Assembly: GCA_964016885.1 (NCBI GenBank)
Contig: CAXHJY010001557.1
Coordinates: 1 to 28,436 of the forward strand
Direction of reading: 5' to 3'
Source: Eledone cirrhosa
Lineage: Eukaryota
Length of the DNA: 28,436 nt
Shown here piece after piece: positions 12,796 to 26,790 of the stretch (position 1 is the stretch's first letter; each line of letters opens with the position of its first letter). The position numbers and the translations under genes were made by a program. The notes beneath the pieces are model-generated. The model worked only from the letters and a program-made list of their open reading frames with translations, made no database searches and was not told the DNA's origin.

Positions 12796-12947
12796 GTATA
12801 TATGTATATGTATGTATATATATATATATATAAATATATATATATATACGTATATATGTATATCTATTATGTATGTATATGTATGTATTTATGTATGTAC
12901 GTATAAATGTGTGTGTGTCTATATATATATATATATATGTGTATATG

Positions 12948-13016
<69 letters not shown>

Positions 13017-13257
13017 ATATGTATGTATATATATATATACGTATATATGTATATATGTATGTACGTATTTATGTATATATGTATGTACGTATAAATATAT
13101 ATGTGTGTGTATATATATGATATATATATATATGTATATATACGTATAAATATGTGAGTGTATATATATGATATATATATATGTATATATACGTATAAAT
13201 ATATATATGTATATATATATATATATATACATACATATACATATATACGTGTGTATA

Positions 13258-13289
<32 letters not shown>

Positions 13290-13317
13290 CATACATACAT
13301 ACATACATACATACGTG

Positions 13318-13358
<41 letters not shown>
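12575..13358. repeat. Complex (TA)n/(TATG)n microsatellite
   Basis: Direct inspection. Confidence 0.95.
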
Positions 13359-13361
<3 letters not shown>

Positions 13362-13812
13362 AGAGTGTGTGCGTGTGTGTTAGCATGAGTCAGTGTAAAC
13401 GCTAACGATAAAATATATGTTGGCCTCGTGTTGTGTTGCCGTTAACCATTTCAATATGGAGGATGGAGATAGCATTGGAAGAGAGAGAGGAAGGCGAGGC
13501 GGTGGTGGTGTTGGTAACAGCAATGGAGGTGAAGGTGGCGGCGGTGATGAGTACAGGGTGTTTTAATGTTTTTCCTAGAAAAGAACTTATCTTTCTGATT
13601 GCAGCCAATCGTAGCTAGCAGAAGGCTTTTTGATTCCATCTTTGAAAGAACACATAAGCTCGGGTTTATGTCCGTGAATGGCCTTTAATCAGTGGCAGAA
13701 AGAACGCCAGTCAAAGACATTTCTCCTGCTTTGCTTTCCCAGATTCAAGGTTTGTACCATGTCTTTCAAGAAGCTAAAACTATGCTGAACGTGAAATCAG
13801 TGATAGATCTTG

Positions 13813-14756
<944 letters not shown>

Positions 14757-14858
14757 AGTATTTAAATTTCCGTTGGAAACAGAAAAGGTCATAGAAATGA
14801 AGAGTGCTCTATGTAAGTATCAGAGAAAAATTTAATGTATAAAAATCAATACAATATA

Positions 14859-14936
14859 ATTACCTCATTACCAGAGATTTCCCGAATGAGGCGAATACGA
14901 AATAAACGACTTCATTCGTTCGTCAGACGAGGCAAT
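14859..14936 (-). ncRNA. Type I hammerhead ribozyme
   Basis: Minus strand: ATTGCCTCGT-CTGACGA-a CGAATGA...TCATTCG g-GAAA-TC tct GG-TA-ATGAGGTAAT. 10-bp stem I (2 G-U), 7-bp stem II, GUA triplet. Confidence 0.85.
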
Positions 14937-15046
14937 ATAAAACATGGGTAAATACTTAGAAAAACTCATCAAGAAAATCAAAAAAAATATAGACAAATGA
15001 AATAGAAATTGAAATATATAAAAATCTATCAAGAAATATAGTTAGG

Positions 15047-15570
<524 letters not shown>

Positions 15571-15756
15571 ATGAAGGAATTGTGGTAAGGAACCACATGG
15601 ACCATAACGCACCAGAGTACTCAATACTTAGGGTAGTAGAGTGGGTAATAGGAAAAAGTATGACCCCGACGGCAGAGCTCAAGCCGTTTCGACGGCTATT
15701 TCAGAAATAGCCGGCGAAGCGGCTTGAGCTCTGCCGTCGGGGGTCATACTTTTTCC

Positions 15757-15759
<3 letters not shown>
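15571..15759 (-). mobile_element. Family A element with a fold-back palindrome (15648-15759) containing the 3' half of an HHR
   Basis: Palindrome axis at 15703. Minus strand reads hairpin-GAAA-CGGC ttgagctct GCCG-TC-GGGGTCA (stem III + GUC); the CUGANGA half is absent. Tail is homologous to 8884-8981. Confidence 0.65.
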
Positions 15760-15795
<36 letters not shown>

Positions 15796-15865
15796 ATGTT
15801 TAAATATATATATGTATATATATATATGTGTACGTTTATATATATATATATGTATATATATATGT

Positions 15866-16182
15866 TAGCGTGGCCCTTATTTTTCAGCTTTCTTAAAGTT
15901 CAGCTCCCCTCTATCTTGTTCCAATTAACAAAAGAACAATCTCTGCAAAATTTTAGCTCAAGCGGACAACTCCAAGGCAACCCACATAGACCGCGAAAGT
16001 ATGAAGTTTTCGCCCGGAAAGTCATTTTTTTAGATAAACATTTTTTTATCTCTTATATAATATAATGGGGAAAGCAACTTGCAAAGCTGGGGACAGAGTG
16101 TAGATATAGGCATACACCTATTTTTCGCTGTGGGAGCTGCAATATTTTAACTTTCGGAAAATTACCTATTGCTAAGGGCAAC

Positions 16183-16186
<4 letters not shown>
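15866..16186. mobile_element. Non-autonomous DNA transposon (MITE) with hAT(m)-like TIRs
   Basis: TAGCGTGGCCCTTA ... TAAGGGCAACTCTA. Same TIR type as 20684-20698. Subterminal GCAAAATTTTAGCT resembles the reverse complement of AGCTGAAATTTTGC near 20585. Confidence 0.6.
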
Positions 16187-16222
<36 letters not shown>

Positions 16223-16450
16223 ATGTGGTTGACAGCTGAAAGAAATGAGTACTTGGTATTGAGTAATATATATTTATATATATGTAGGAGGTGAGTTTTA
16301 TTGTAGTACAATAAAGCAATGCAAATATCGGATAAGTAGCACTCTACAGTTTGTAGGACTGGAGTATAAATAATATAATATAAGATAATATATGTTGATT
16401 TAAAACTTCACTATTCACAAGTGTTTTTTAACCTTCATATCATGTATCCC

Positions 16451-16521
16451 TATTTTATCTGATGAAAAGGCAGATATCATCTCATGATGATATTTGTTTT
16501 TGAAATGCGCATAATAAAATA
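16451..16521 (+). ncRNA. Type I hammerhead ribozyme (family D), intact, inside a dispersed repeat at 16390-16555
   Basis: Perfect stem I TATTTTAT/ATAAAATA; CTGATGA; 16-bp stem II (3 G-U) with TCAT loop; GAAA; palindromic ATGCGCAT stem III; AUA triplet. Confidence 0.9.
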
Positions 16522-16707
16522 CTTGGAACTCTTTTAACCATCTTTTGATCTTATCTTATATTATATATATATATATATATATATTTCGTTTCTGAATTTG
16601 TTTAGCAAGATTCTTTATCTGAAAACGTGTGTTGAAACCGATATTGTTATACTTTGGGAGGGTCATGTTGCCAATAAGAAACACACGCACCAGTTGCTTT
16701 CACTTCA

Positions 16708-17860
<1,153 letters not shown>

Positions 17861-18031
17861 AGAATTAATATCTAGTAACATAATATATACATACAGATGC
17901 ATATCAATGCTAGCAAATATATAGGTTTTGTCTTAGTAACTTTGTGGTTCAATGCAAGGGGTTGCAGAACAATAATATGAGAGACGTAAAATAAGGAAAA
18001 TTATTAAATTAACTTACTTACTAAAATATCA

Positions 18032-18111
18032 CTTCCAACTAATTAGTTTCTGGAATGGAATAAATATATTTTCCAAAGAAAACATATAGAATCATTCCGT
18101 CGTCAGGGAAG
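18032..18111 (-). ncRNA. Type I hammerhead ribozyme with extended stem II
   Basis: Minus strand: CTTCC-CTGACGA-c GGAATG..ATATGTTTTC tttg GAAAATATAT..CATTCC a-GAAA-CTAATTAG-TT-GGAAG. Palindromic stem III, GUU triplet. Confidence 0.85.
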
Positions 18112-18375
18112 ACTTTCATATATATATATATATATATATTATATACTCTCATATATATATATATATATATATATGTAGATAAATCTACCAAAATATACGG
18201 TAGTGTCCAATCCGTATGAAGAACTCAATGTAATCCAAATATCATGAAAAGAGAAGATGCATTCAAACATTTTCGATGAAAATCATAGGAAAACAGATTA
18301 TATTAAATTTTATTTAATATAATATTAATTTATTATATTAAATCTTTGTTGGTTTTTTTTCAATAAACAAATCAA

Positions 18376-18508
18376 ATCATTTCTGAAGACAGCATATATA
18401 TGTGAAGGTATGTATATTTCCTCTGATAGTTTGTCATATTTTTTACATAGATCTATATGATATACATACCAACACACATATACATCCTAGAAACGATCGT
18501 AAAATGAT
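18376..18508 (+). ncRNA. Type I hammerhead ribozyme with a ~100-nt stem II domain
   Basis: ATCATTT-CTGAAGA-(contains GGTATGTATAT/ATATACATACC helix)-GAAA-CGATCG-TA-AAATGAT. Palindromic ACGATCGT stem III, GUA triplet. Confidence 0.75.
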
Positions 18509-18677
18509 GAATTTTTTAATATAAGGAACTTGTTCTTTGTTTTTATTCATTGTTTTTATTAATTTATATATATATATATATAATGTATATATATAGTTTC
18601 CTTACTATCCTTGCTTTCATATTTCTCCTTGCTCCCCTTTTCTCATTGTATTTGTATATAAACAAGTACATATATAC

Positions 18678-19284
18678 AAGGAGAAAGGAGGAGAGTAAGG
18701 AGAAAAGGAGAGCAATGAGACAAGGAGGGCAAAGAGAAAAGGAGAGCAAGGAGGGCAATGAGAAAAGGAGAGGAAGAAGAGCAATGGGAAAAGGAGAGGC
18801 AATGAGAAGAGGAGAGCAAGAAGAGCAATGAGAAAGGAGAGCAAGAAGCGCAATGAAAAAGGAGAGCAAGGAGGGCAATGGGAAAGGAGAGCAAGAAGAG
18901 CAATGAGAAAGGAGGGCAATGAGAAAGGAGAGCAAGGAGGGCAATGAGAAAGGAGAGCAAGAAGAGCAATGATAAAAGGAGAGCAAGAAGAGCAATGAGA
19001 AAGGAGGGCAATGAGAAAGGAGAGCAAGGGGGGCAATGAGAAAAGGAGAGCAAGAAGAGCAATGAGAAAGGAGGGCAATGAGAAAGGAGAGCAAGGGGGG
19101 CAATGAGAAAGGAGAGCAAGAAGAGCAATGAGAAAAGGAGAGCAAGAAGAGCAATGAGAAAGGCAGAGCAAGGAGAACAATGAGAAAGGAGAGCAAGGAG
19201 AGCAATGAGAAAGGAGAGCAAGGAGGGCAATGAAAAAAGGAGAGTAGTGAGAACATGAGAGCAATGAGAAAAGGAGGGCAAGGA
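18678..19284. repeat. Purine-rich minisatellite, ~25-bp unit GCAATGAGAAAGGAGAGCAAGRAGR with ~16-bp short variants
   Basis: Direct inspection. Confidence 0.9.
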
Positions 19285-19875
19285 GAGGTTAAGGCAAATA
19301 TTGTTCAAGTTATACTGGAAGCAGACAAAAGGGAAGAAGTGAAGAATAAAAAAAATCAACTGAAGAGGTACATTCTGCACTAAAATGACTTTTCTTCCTT
19401 TACAAATATCTCCTGGTACAAAAACTTTCTTCACGAGATTTTCTATCAGCACTAATTTCCTCGACAAAGACCCTTCAGCATGGAAGGATGATCCTGGTTA
19501 CAAAAGTGGACTCGAAAAACTTGAGAAGGCAGTTGTTGTGAATGATGTTGCAGAAAGAGGTGTCAAACTCATTCAGGATTACAATAACTGTTTCTACTTT
19601 AGGCACAAGGCCAGCAATTATGCAGTGCATTACTGGTACTTTATTTTATCGACCCCGTAAGGATGAAAGGCAAAGTCAACCTCGGCAGGATTTGAACTCA
19701 GACCGTAAAGGGACGTAACTATGCTGGAAAGCATGGCGTCCGACCCTCTACCGATACTGCCTACAATAACATTCTCGCAAAAGATGAAACTAAGAAACAA
19801 TTTGTTTTACATACCGCTACCGAAAACTGTAAAACATACTCAACTGCCACTAAATCCTCTCTTATGCCAAAATGA
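19285..19875 (+). pseudogene. C-terminal fragment of a hAT-superfamily (hATm-like) transposase, disrupted and split by a SINE
   Basis: ...FFTRFSISTNFLDKDPSAWKDDPGY...VVVNDVAERGVKLIQDYNN resumes after the SINE as ILAKDETKKQFVLHTATENCKTYSTATKSSLMPK*. An upstream stop and frameshift lie near 19380-19410. The NDxAERGV motif is recognised from memory. Confidence 0.8.
19589..19761 (-). mobile_element. tRNA-derived SINE, copy 1, with 9-bp TSD TACAATAAC
   Basis: Minus-strand A box GGCAGTATCGG and B box GAGTTCAAATCC. TSD at 19580-19588 and 19762-19770. Confidence 0.9.
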
Positions 19876-20017
19876 TTGTTTCTACTTTTGGCACAAGGCC
19901 AGCAACTACCCAGTTACCACTGGGTAATTGCTGGCCTTGTGCCAAACTGGTACTTTATTTTATCGATCCCGTAAGGATAAAAGGCAGAGTTAACCTCGGC
20001 GGGATTTGAACTCAGAC
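19876..20017 (-). mobile_element. SINE copy 2, head-truncated, with an internal fold-back at 19887-19946
   Basis: Same family sequence as copy 1; 28-bp inverted arms around TACC. Confidence 0.85.
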
Positions 20018-20033
20018 CGTATTCGAAAATAAT

Positions 20034-20217
20034 TGTTTCTACTTTAGGCACAAGGCCAGCAATTACCCAGTGCATTACTGGTACTTTATTTTATCGACCC
20101 CGTAAGGATGAAAGGCAAAGTTAACCTCGGCGGGATTTGAACTCAGACCGCAAAGGGACGTAACTATGCTGGAAAGCATGGCGTCCGACCCTCTACCGAT
20201 ACTGCCAATCCACCGCC
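20034..20217 (-). mobile_element. SINE copy 3, apparently full length
   Basis: Begins GGCGGTGGATTGGCAGTATCGG on minus strand with A and B boxes. Flanking imperfect 16-bp duplication CGTATTCGAAAATAAT/CGTATTCCCAAATAAT. Confidence 0.9.
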
Positions 20218-20695
20218 CGTATTCCCAAATAATGTTCAACATTCAGTATTGTGTTCACAATATGTTTTTGATTCTATAGAACTTATTGTTGTAAATAAAA
20301 ATGCGTTTCTCCTATAGAAGTTAGGTTTTAAGAAAACATAATATTTCATAAGCTTTTCATGTCATTTCAGGAAATTTTCAAATTAACCATTGGTAATTTG
20401 ATTCAGTACGTTTTAAAACATTTGCTGGGGTTGCCTAGATGTGTCCACATAAATTTCTCTAAGAAGAAAAAAAGAAAAAGGTTGAGATAGGGAACAGTAT
20501 ACCGCTTTTGAACAGAATTAATCGTTGCGTATACTATGTTCCAACTCCAAGGAGTTTGAGGTTCGCCTAACAGTTATTCGTTTCAGCTGAAATTTTGCAC
20601 ATCCCGTGTTTTTCTTGATTGGAACATGTTTACTGGGTGGGAGCATCTAAACTGCTTGTAACTGTCGGAACATTACATATTGATAAGGGCCACCC

Positions 20696-20764
<69 letters not shown>

Positions 20765-20766
<2 letters not shown>

Positions 20767-20945
20767 GTTATTCCGGGTTGAATCGTAGGTAACCACAGTA
20801 AGTAAGGTACTCAATACATAGCAGAGTATAACAGTTTTAATATAGATGAGATTCTACAGGACTAGAACTGTTTCATTCATTAGAAATCATCAAGATTCTT
20901 GATGATTTCTAATGAATGAAACAGTTCTAGTCCTGTAGAATCTCA

Positions 20946-20952
<7 letters not shown>
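20765..20952 (-). mobile_element. Family B element with a perfect fold-back palindrome (20840-20952) and an HHR-like motif at 20893-20943
   Basis: Axis at 20896. AGATTC-TTGATGA-t TTC taat GAA t-GAAA-CAG ttctagtc CTG-TA-GAATCT. Embedded between pure TA tracts. Confidence 0.7.
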
Positions 20953-21013
<61 letters not shown>

Positions 21014-21051
21014 TATATATATAAATATATATATATAAATATATATATATA

Positions 21052-21160
<109 letters not shown>

Positions 21161-21572
21161 TTATTTATATATATTCATATATAAATAGATATACAAATAT
21201 ATATATATATACATATATACACACATTGCACACTCACAGTAATAAGGAGAGTCACTATAAAACATGCAAGCACACAAACACATATTCAAACATGCAAACA
21301 CATACGCAAACACACATATACATACACACTCACTTATGAACTCAGTACACATCTCACACACAAACTCTGCTACATATACGCACTCACACACACACACACA
21401 CACACACACTTTAAACAATGTGACTATGAAGTAGAAGTAGAGTGGAAGATAAAGGAACGACTGAAGTCTCTTAAAACTGCTCTGACAGTCAAACAGGAGT
21501 TGTGGAATATATTGGAATATATGGAAAGAATAGATATTGACAATTAAGAGAACTGACAGAAAGTACAGTTAT

Positions 21573-21629
<57 letters not shown>

Positions 21630-21766
21630 TATATATGTAAAAGTTCTATTTAAATTGTTGGGATACAACAAGCAAATATTTTTATAACTGATATAAAGCA
21701 CTCGACAAGTATTTGGAGTAGATATACGATATTAACAAATGGAAACTATATTTATAAAACCATATT

Positions 21767-21831
21767 TATTTCATTATACATATTTCAGGAACATCAAGTT
21801 AAATTATGGTGTGCTTTCATCAGATAAAATA
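21767..21831 (-). ncRNA. Type I hammerhead ribozyme (family D), stem II partly decayed, inside an element at ~21640-21868
   Basis: Minus strand: TATTTTAT-CTGATGA-aagcacacca...tgatgttcct-GAAA-TATGTA-TA-ATGAAATA. Flanks are homologous to 11760-12005. Confidence 0.75.
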
Positions 21832-21929
21832 TAATATAGATCAGTTTTATAAATAAATATTGACATACCCTTAAAAAATGCAACCATTACTGTTGGGAGC
21901 TCCCGGATAGTCTATATACATATATATAT

Positions 21930-21990
<61 letters not shown>

Positions 21991-22015
21991 CACACACATA
22001 TATATATACATACAT

Positions 22016-22071
<56 letters not shown>

Positions 22072-22130
22072 GTTAGTGTATCCCAAGCAACTCCCCATCC
22101 TACATCTCCAGCTTCATCTAAATTAATAAT

Positions 22131-22310
22131 TGTTTCTACTTTAGGCACAAGGCCATAAATTACCCAGTGCATTACTGGTACTTTATTTTATCGACCCCGT
22201 AAGGATGAAAGGCAAAGTCAACCTCGGCGGGATTTGTACTCAGGCCGTAAAGGGACGTAACTATGCTGGAAAGCATGGCGTCCGACCCTCTACCGATACT
22301 GCCAATCCAC
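22131..22310 (-). mobile_element. SINE copy 4
   Basis: Same family; AATAAT on both sides (possible TSD). Confidence 0.9.
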
Positions 22311-22445
22311 AATAATAGAACAGAAAACCTTTCTCTCGGTCATAGTCTATCATATTTCTAGCTTCTCACTCTCAGCTCCCTGTAGCTTACTCTTCGAACA
22401 CCTACTGCAACATCCTGCAGAATCCACCCCACACACTTCCACCCT

Positions 22446-22490
<45 letters not shown>

Positions 22491-22491
22491 G

Positions 22492-22566
<75 letters not shown>

Positions 22567-22578
22567 GTATATATATAT

Positions 22579-22774
22579 GGAGGAGGTTATAGTTCACTTG
22601 AAGCATTGTGTAATGAGGTATAAACGTTTGTATATGTATAATAAAGCCAAAACAATGCAGGTATGGACATAGAATAAAGAATGCAAATGCAAAAGATATT
22701 GTTGACAATTAGCCTTTTACCTTAGATTTATTTAAATGTCCTTAAATTTCGAGATAATATCTCTTCTTCGGAGG
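22579..22774 (-). mobile_element. Family C element with an HHR-like motif at 22740-22774
   Basis: Minus strand: CCT-CCGAAGA-A-GAGAT att ATCTC-GAAA-TT-TA-AGG. Tail shares CTGCAT..TTGGCTTTATTA and CACAATGCTTCAAG with 17207-17262. Confidence 0.6.
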
Positions 22775-22795
22775 GAATATATTGCATATATATTA

Positions 22796-23009
22796 TAGAT
22801 TTGCAAGCATTACTTAATATTGGAAACATGGGAAATGTTGAAGTCAATATATCTAATAGAATATATTGCAACACACGAACACACACACACTCACACACAC
22901 ACACATATATATATATATGTGTGTGTTTGTGTGTTGCAATATATTCTATTAGACTTATTGACTTCAACATTCTCCATGTTTCCAATATTAAGTAATGCTT
23001 GCAAATCTA
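22796..23009. repeat. Inverted repeat (~80-bp unique arms) around a (CA)n(TA)n(TG)n centre
   Basis: TAGATTTGCAAGCATTACTTAATATTGGAAACATGG... / ...CCATGTTTCCAATATTAAGTAATGCTTGCAAATCTA. Confidence 0.85.
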
Positions 23010-23202
23010 ATTTCGTCTCCTAGCTTAATATATAACGTACTTTATATAGCGTAGCTTATACTTCGTAAAATAATTCTTATTAAAGAAAACAGATGAAGAG
23101 ACAAGTGCGGAGACAAAGACTGCAAAGTACTGGAATAATTTATTTTTAAACTTGCCAAGTCCTTGTTTTTATTGGCTGAAAAATGGTATATTCAGTTGCA
23201 TA

Positions 23203-23383
23203 TATCCGGTTTGGATAACAATTTGATAGGCTGACTATGTAGGAGTGATGCTAGAGCTGTGAAATTTTGCAGGAATTAAACTTCATCTTTTCTTATTAAA
23301 GACTATGTTGGAAAATATATCTCATTTGGTCATTCCATGAGAGTAGCTTGGTCAGTCTTTGAACTTGTTCAGTCTACCCTCGT
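23203..23383. mobile_element. Degenerate mariner-type MITE
   Basis: Homologous to 24341-24556 (GAGTGATGCTAG, CTCATTTGGTCATTCCATGAGAGTA). Ends in ACCCTCGTG; the end is locally duplicated at 23410-23425. Confidence 0.55.
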
Positions 23384-23429
23384 GTATATACTGTATATAT
23401 ATATATATACAGTCTACCCTCGTGTATAT

Positions 23430-23504
<75 letters not shown>

Positions 23505-23516
23505 TATGTATTATGT

Positions 23517-24122
23517 CAGGTCACTAGTTGGTGCTACTGGTAACATGTATCCCAGTACAACCTGTCTCATGGTCGGGTCGTTGGCGACTAAACTGGCAAC
23601 CCCACCAAGGTTTCTTGGTGAGGAGGCTGACTTTGGACATCCTGCAGGACTAAAAACAAAACCTGTCAAAGGGCAAAGGAGCTCTTAAGAGTCAATGGCC
23701 ATCCAAAATCACTGGGAGAGATGACCCCTTAGCCTTTGTCAAGGCAGAATTCTAGGAGAAGGAAAACTCTGATATAACACCTGCAACCCTGATGGTATCC
23801 AATGATGTTGACTTGTTCTTCTTTTTGGTAAATATCATCTTGGTTAAGAGAGTGGGACTGGCTTTGTGCAGTGCCTTTGCTCACTATAAAAGCTTCACGG
23901 CACAGGCATTGCTTTATATCTGGAGATCTCTCTGCACTTGTCGTCACATGGTACCATGGGTCCAGCACTGTGTGTCAATAATTGTCACAAGTGTAGTGTT
24001 TGTACCAGAGTTTTCAAGTCACTGGCTGGACTAAAAAGTCACACTCGTTCAGCGCATTGGTAGGGGTTCTCCTACATGGATATAAAGTAGTGGCCGTACT
24101 CGAAAACGAGTTGGCAGCCACC
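23517..24122 (+). mobile_element. Internally deleted RTE-like LINE remnant (5'-UTR-like part joined to the 3' end)
   Basis: GGAGAAGGAAAACTCTGA recalls RTE 5' UTRs. 23986-24063 encodes HKCSVCTRVFKSLAGLKSHTRSAHW* (C2H2 finger typical of RTE ORF ends), followed by a CTCG aaaa CGAG stem-loop and a TA tail. Confidence 0.6.
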
Positions 24123-24282
24123 ATATATATATATATATTTAAAATTAAAAATACGAGGAAATAATAGACAAAAATATACCTAGTTTTTCTTTAAAGTCCT
24201 GACTGCAGTTTCGCCGAATCCGCATGCACCAAATTTCTGCACTATAAAAATACATCGTCGCTGTTACGTTGACACACACACA

Positions 24283-24340
<58 letters not shown>

Positions 24341-24343
<3 letters not shown>

Positions 24344-24556
24344 GATGGTCAGCTAAAAGGTTCACAAGCTAACTATGAATGAGTGATGCTAGGGCAGTGA
24401 AATCTTGCATGCATTAAACTTCAACTCTTCTTATTAATAAATGCATTGTCCCTTTCGAGGGAAAAATGTTGAAAAATGAAAAAAAGGACACACCTCATTT
24501 GGTCATTCCATGAGAGTATCTTGGTCAGCCTATGATCTTTTGAGTTTACCCTCTTA
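24341..24556. mobile_element. Mariner-type MITE
   Basis: Degenerate TIRs CACGATGGTCAGCTAAAAGGTTCACAAGCTAAC / GTCAGCCTATGATCTTTTGAGTTTACCCTCTTA. Confidence 0.6.
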
Positions 24557-24718
24557 TATATCCAGGGAGACATTACTACAACAGAGGTCGGACGAGCTTT
24601 TGATTCCAGAGTCGGGCCAGGTCGATACAGATCGAACCTTGAGCTGATCAATCGCGAAACGCGCGTCACTAATCAATAAACGTCATGAAGTCTTAACAAA
24701 CCGTCCTTGTATTATTAT

Positions 24719-24761
24719 TATATATATACAATATATATATATATATATACAATATATATAT

Positions 24762-24814
<53 letters not shown>

Positions 24815-24822
24815 ATATATAT

Positions 24823-24888
<66 letters not shown>

Positions 24889-24990
24889 ATATAGGTAGAG
24901 GGTATATACAATAGATATATACAATATATATATATATATACAATATATATATACAATATATATATATATATATACAATATATATATACAA

Positions 24991-25030
<40 letters not shown>

Positions 25031-25113
25031 ATATATATACAATATATATATATATATATACAATATATATATACAATATATATATATATATATATATACA
25101 ATATATATATACA

Positions 25114-25155
<42 letters not shown>

Positions 25156-25176
25156 ATATATATACAATATATATAT

Positions 25177-25212
<36 letters not shown>

Positions 25213-25270
25213 ATATATATACAATATATATATACAATATATATATATATATATACAATATATATATACA

Positions 25271-25301
<31 letters not shown>

Positions 25302-25354
25302 ATATATATACAATATATATATTATATATATATATATATATACAATATATATAT

Positions 25355-25392
<38 letters not shown>

Positions 25393-25400
25393 ATATATAT

Positions 25401-25436
<36 letters not shown>

Positions 25437-25444
25437 ATATATAT

Positions 25445-25480
<36 letters not shown>

Positions 25481-25488
25481 ATATATAT

Positions 25489-25534
<46 letters not shown>

Positions 25535-25642
25535 ATATATATACAATATATATATATATATATATACAATATATATATACAATATATATATATATATATA
25601 CAATATATATATACAATATATATATATATACAATATATATAT

Positions 25643-25687
<45 letters not shown>

Positions 25688-25695
25688 ATATATAT

Positions 25696-25731
<36 letters not shown>

Positions 25732-25758
25732 ATATATATACAATATATATATATATAT
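24719..25758. repeat. (TA)n microsatellite with higher-order CAA punctuation
   Basis: Recurrent CAATATATATATA-CAA(TA)n pairs. Confidence 0.95.
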
Positions 25759-25989
25759 GAAGTGATAAGGGAGGTGGGATGAAGGGGAGTGTGGTAGTGG
25801 TGAGGGAGGGCGTGGTGAGAGATGAGGGAAGCTCATTTAATTAGATGACTAACACATTTAATATAGAGTCAGTGTTTAATTAAGTAGACACCTGATGAAA
25901 GGGAGGAGGGGTAAGAGATGGGGGAGGGGGGAGGAGGGGGGGGAGGAGGCATATTTCTGATAATAAGGATATAGTGTGTTTGTACGGTT

Positions 25990-26606
25990 CTGTGGTAATG
26001 TGTGTGTGTGTGTGTGTGGTTGTGTGTGGTAATGTGTGTTTGTGTGTGTGTGTGGTTGTGTGTGTTTGTGTGTGGTTGTGTGTGGTAGTGTGTGTTTGTG
26101 TGTGTGTGTGTGGTAGTGTGTGTGTGTGTGTGTGGTAGTGTGTTTGTGTGTGGTTGTGTGTGGTAGTGTGTGTTTGTGTGTGTGTGTGGTTGTGTGTGTT
26201 TGTGTGTGGTTGTGTGTGGTAGTGTGTGTTTGTGTGTGTGTGTGTGGTAGTGTGTGTGTGTGTGTGTGGTAGTGTGGTTGTGTGTGTGTGTGTGTGTGGT
26301 AGTGTGTGTGGTAGTGTGTGTGTGTGTGGTAGTGTGTGTGTGTGTGTGTGGTAGTGTGTGTTGTGTGTGTGTGTGTGGTAGTGTGTGTGTGGTTGTGTGT
26401 GGTAGTGTGTGTTTGTTTGTGTGTGTGTGTGGTAGTGTGTGTTTGTGTGTGGTTGTGTGTGTGTGTGTGGTTGTGTGTGTGTGTGTGTGTGGTTGTGTGT
26501 GGTAGTGTGTGTTTGTGTGTGTGTGTGTGTGGTTGTGTGTGTGTGTGTGGTTGTGTGTGGTAGTGTGTGTTTGTGTGTGGTAGTGTGTGTGTGTGGTTGT
26601 GTGTGG

Positions 26607-26642
<36 letters not shown>

Positions 26643-26649
26643 TAGTGTA

Positions 26650-26681
<32 letters not shown>

Positions 26682-26723
26682 GTAGTGTGTGTTTGTTTGT
26701 GTGTGTGTGTGTGTTTGTGTGGT
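25990..26723. repeat. Complex (GT)n microsatellite with GGTA/GGTT interruptions
   Basis: Direct inspection. Confidence 0.95.
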
Positions 26724-26740
26724 AATATTTGTATATGCGC

Positions 26741-26753
26741 CTCTCTTTCTCTC

Positions 26754-26790
<37 letters not shown>

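Larger units (their letters stand above)
19285..20698 (+). mobile_element. 3' part of a hAT(m)-like DNA transposon with three nested SINEs, ending in a TIR
   Basis: Transposase remnant followed by a 3' region and terminal TAAGGGCCACCCCTA (20684-20698). Confidence 0.65.

Noticed and set aside
13402-13812. Possible host exon(s) in the unique-looking island
   Set aside because: No recognisable protein similarity or supported splice structure; cannot be excluded without RNA-seq.
18564-19467. Long minus-strand ORFs with CSSCSP repeats
   Set aside because: Translation of the purine-rich minisatellite; open in all three frames.
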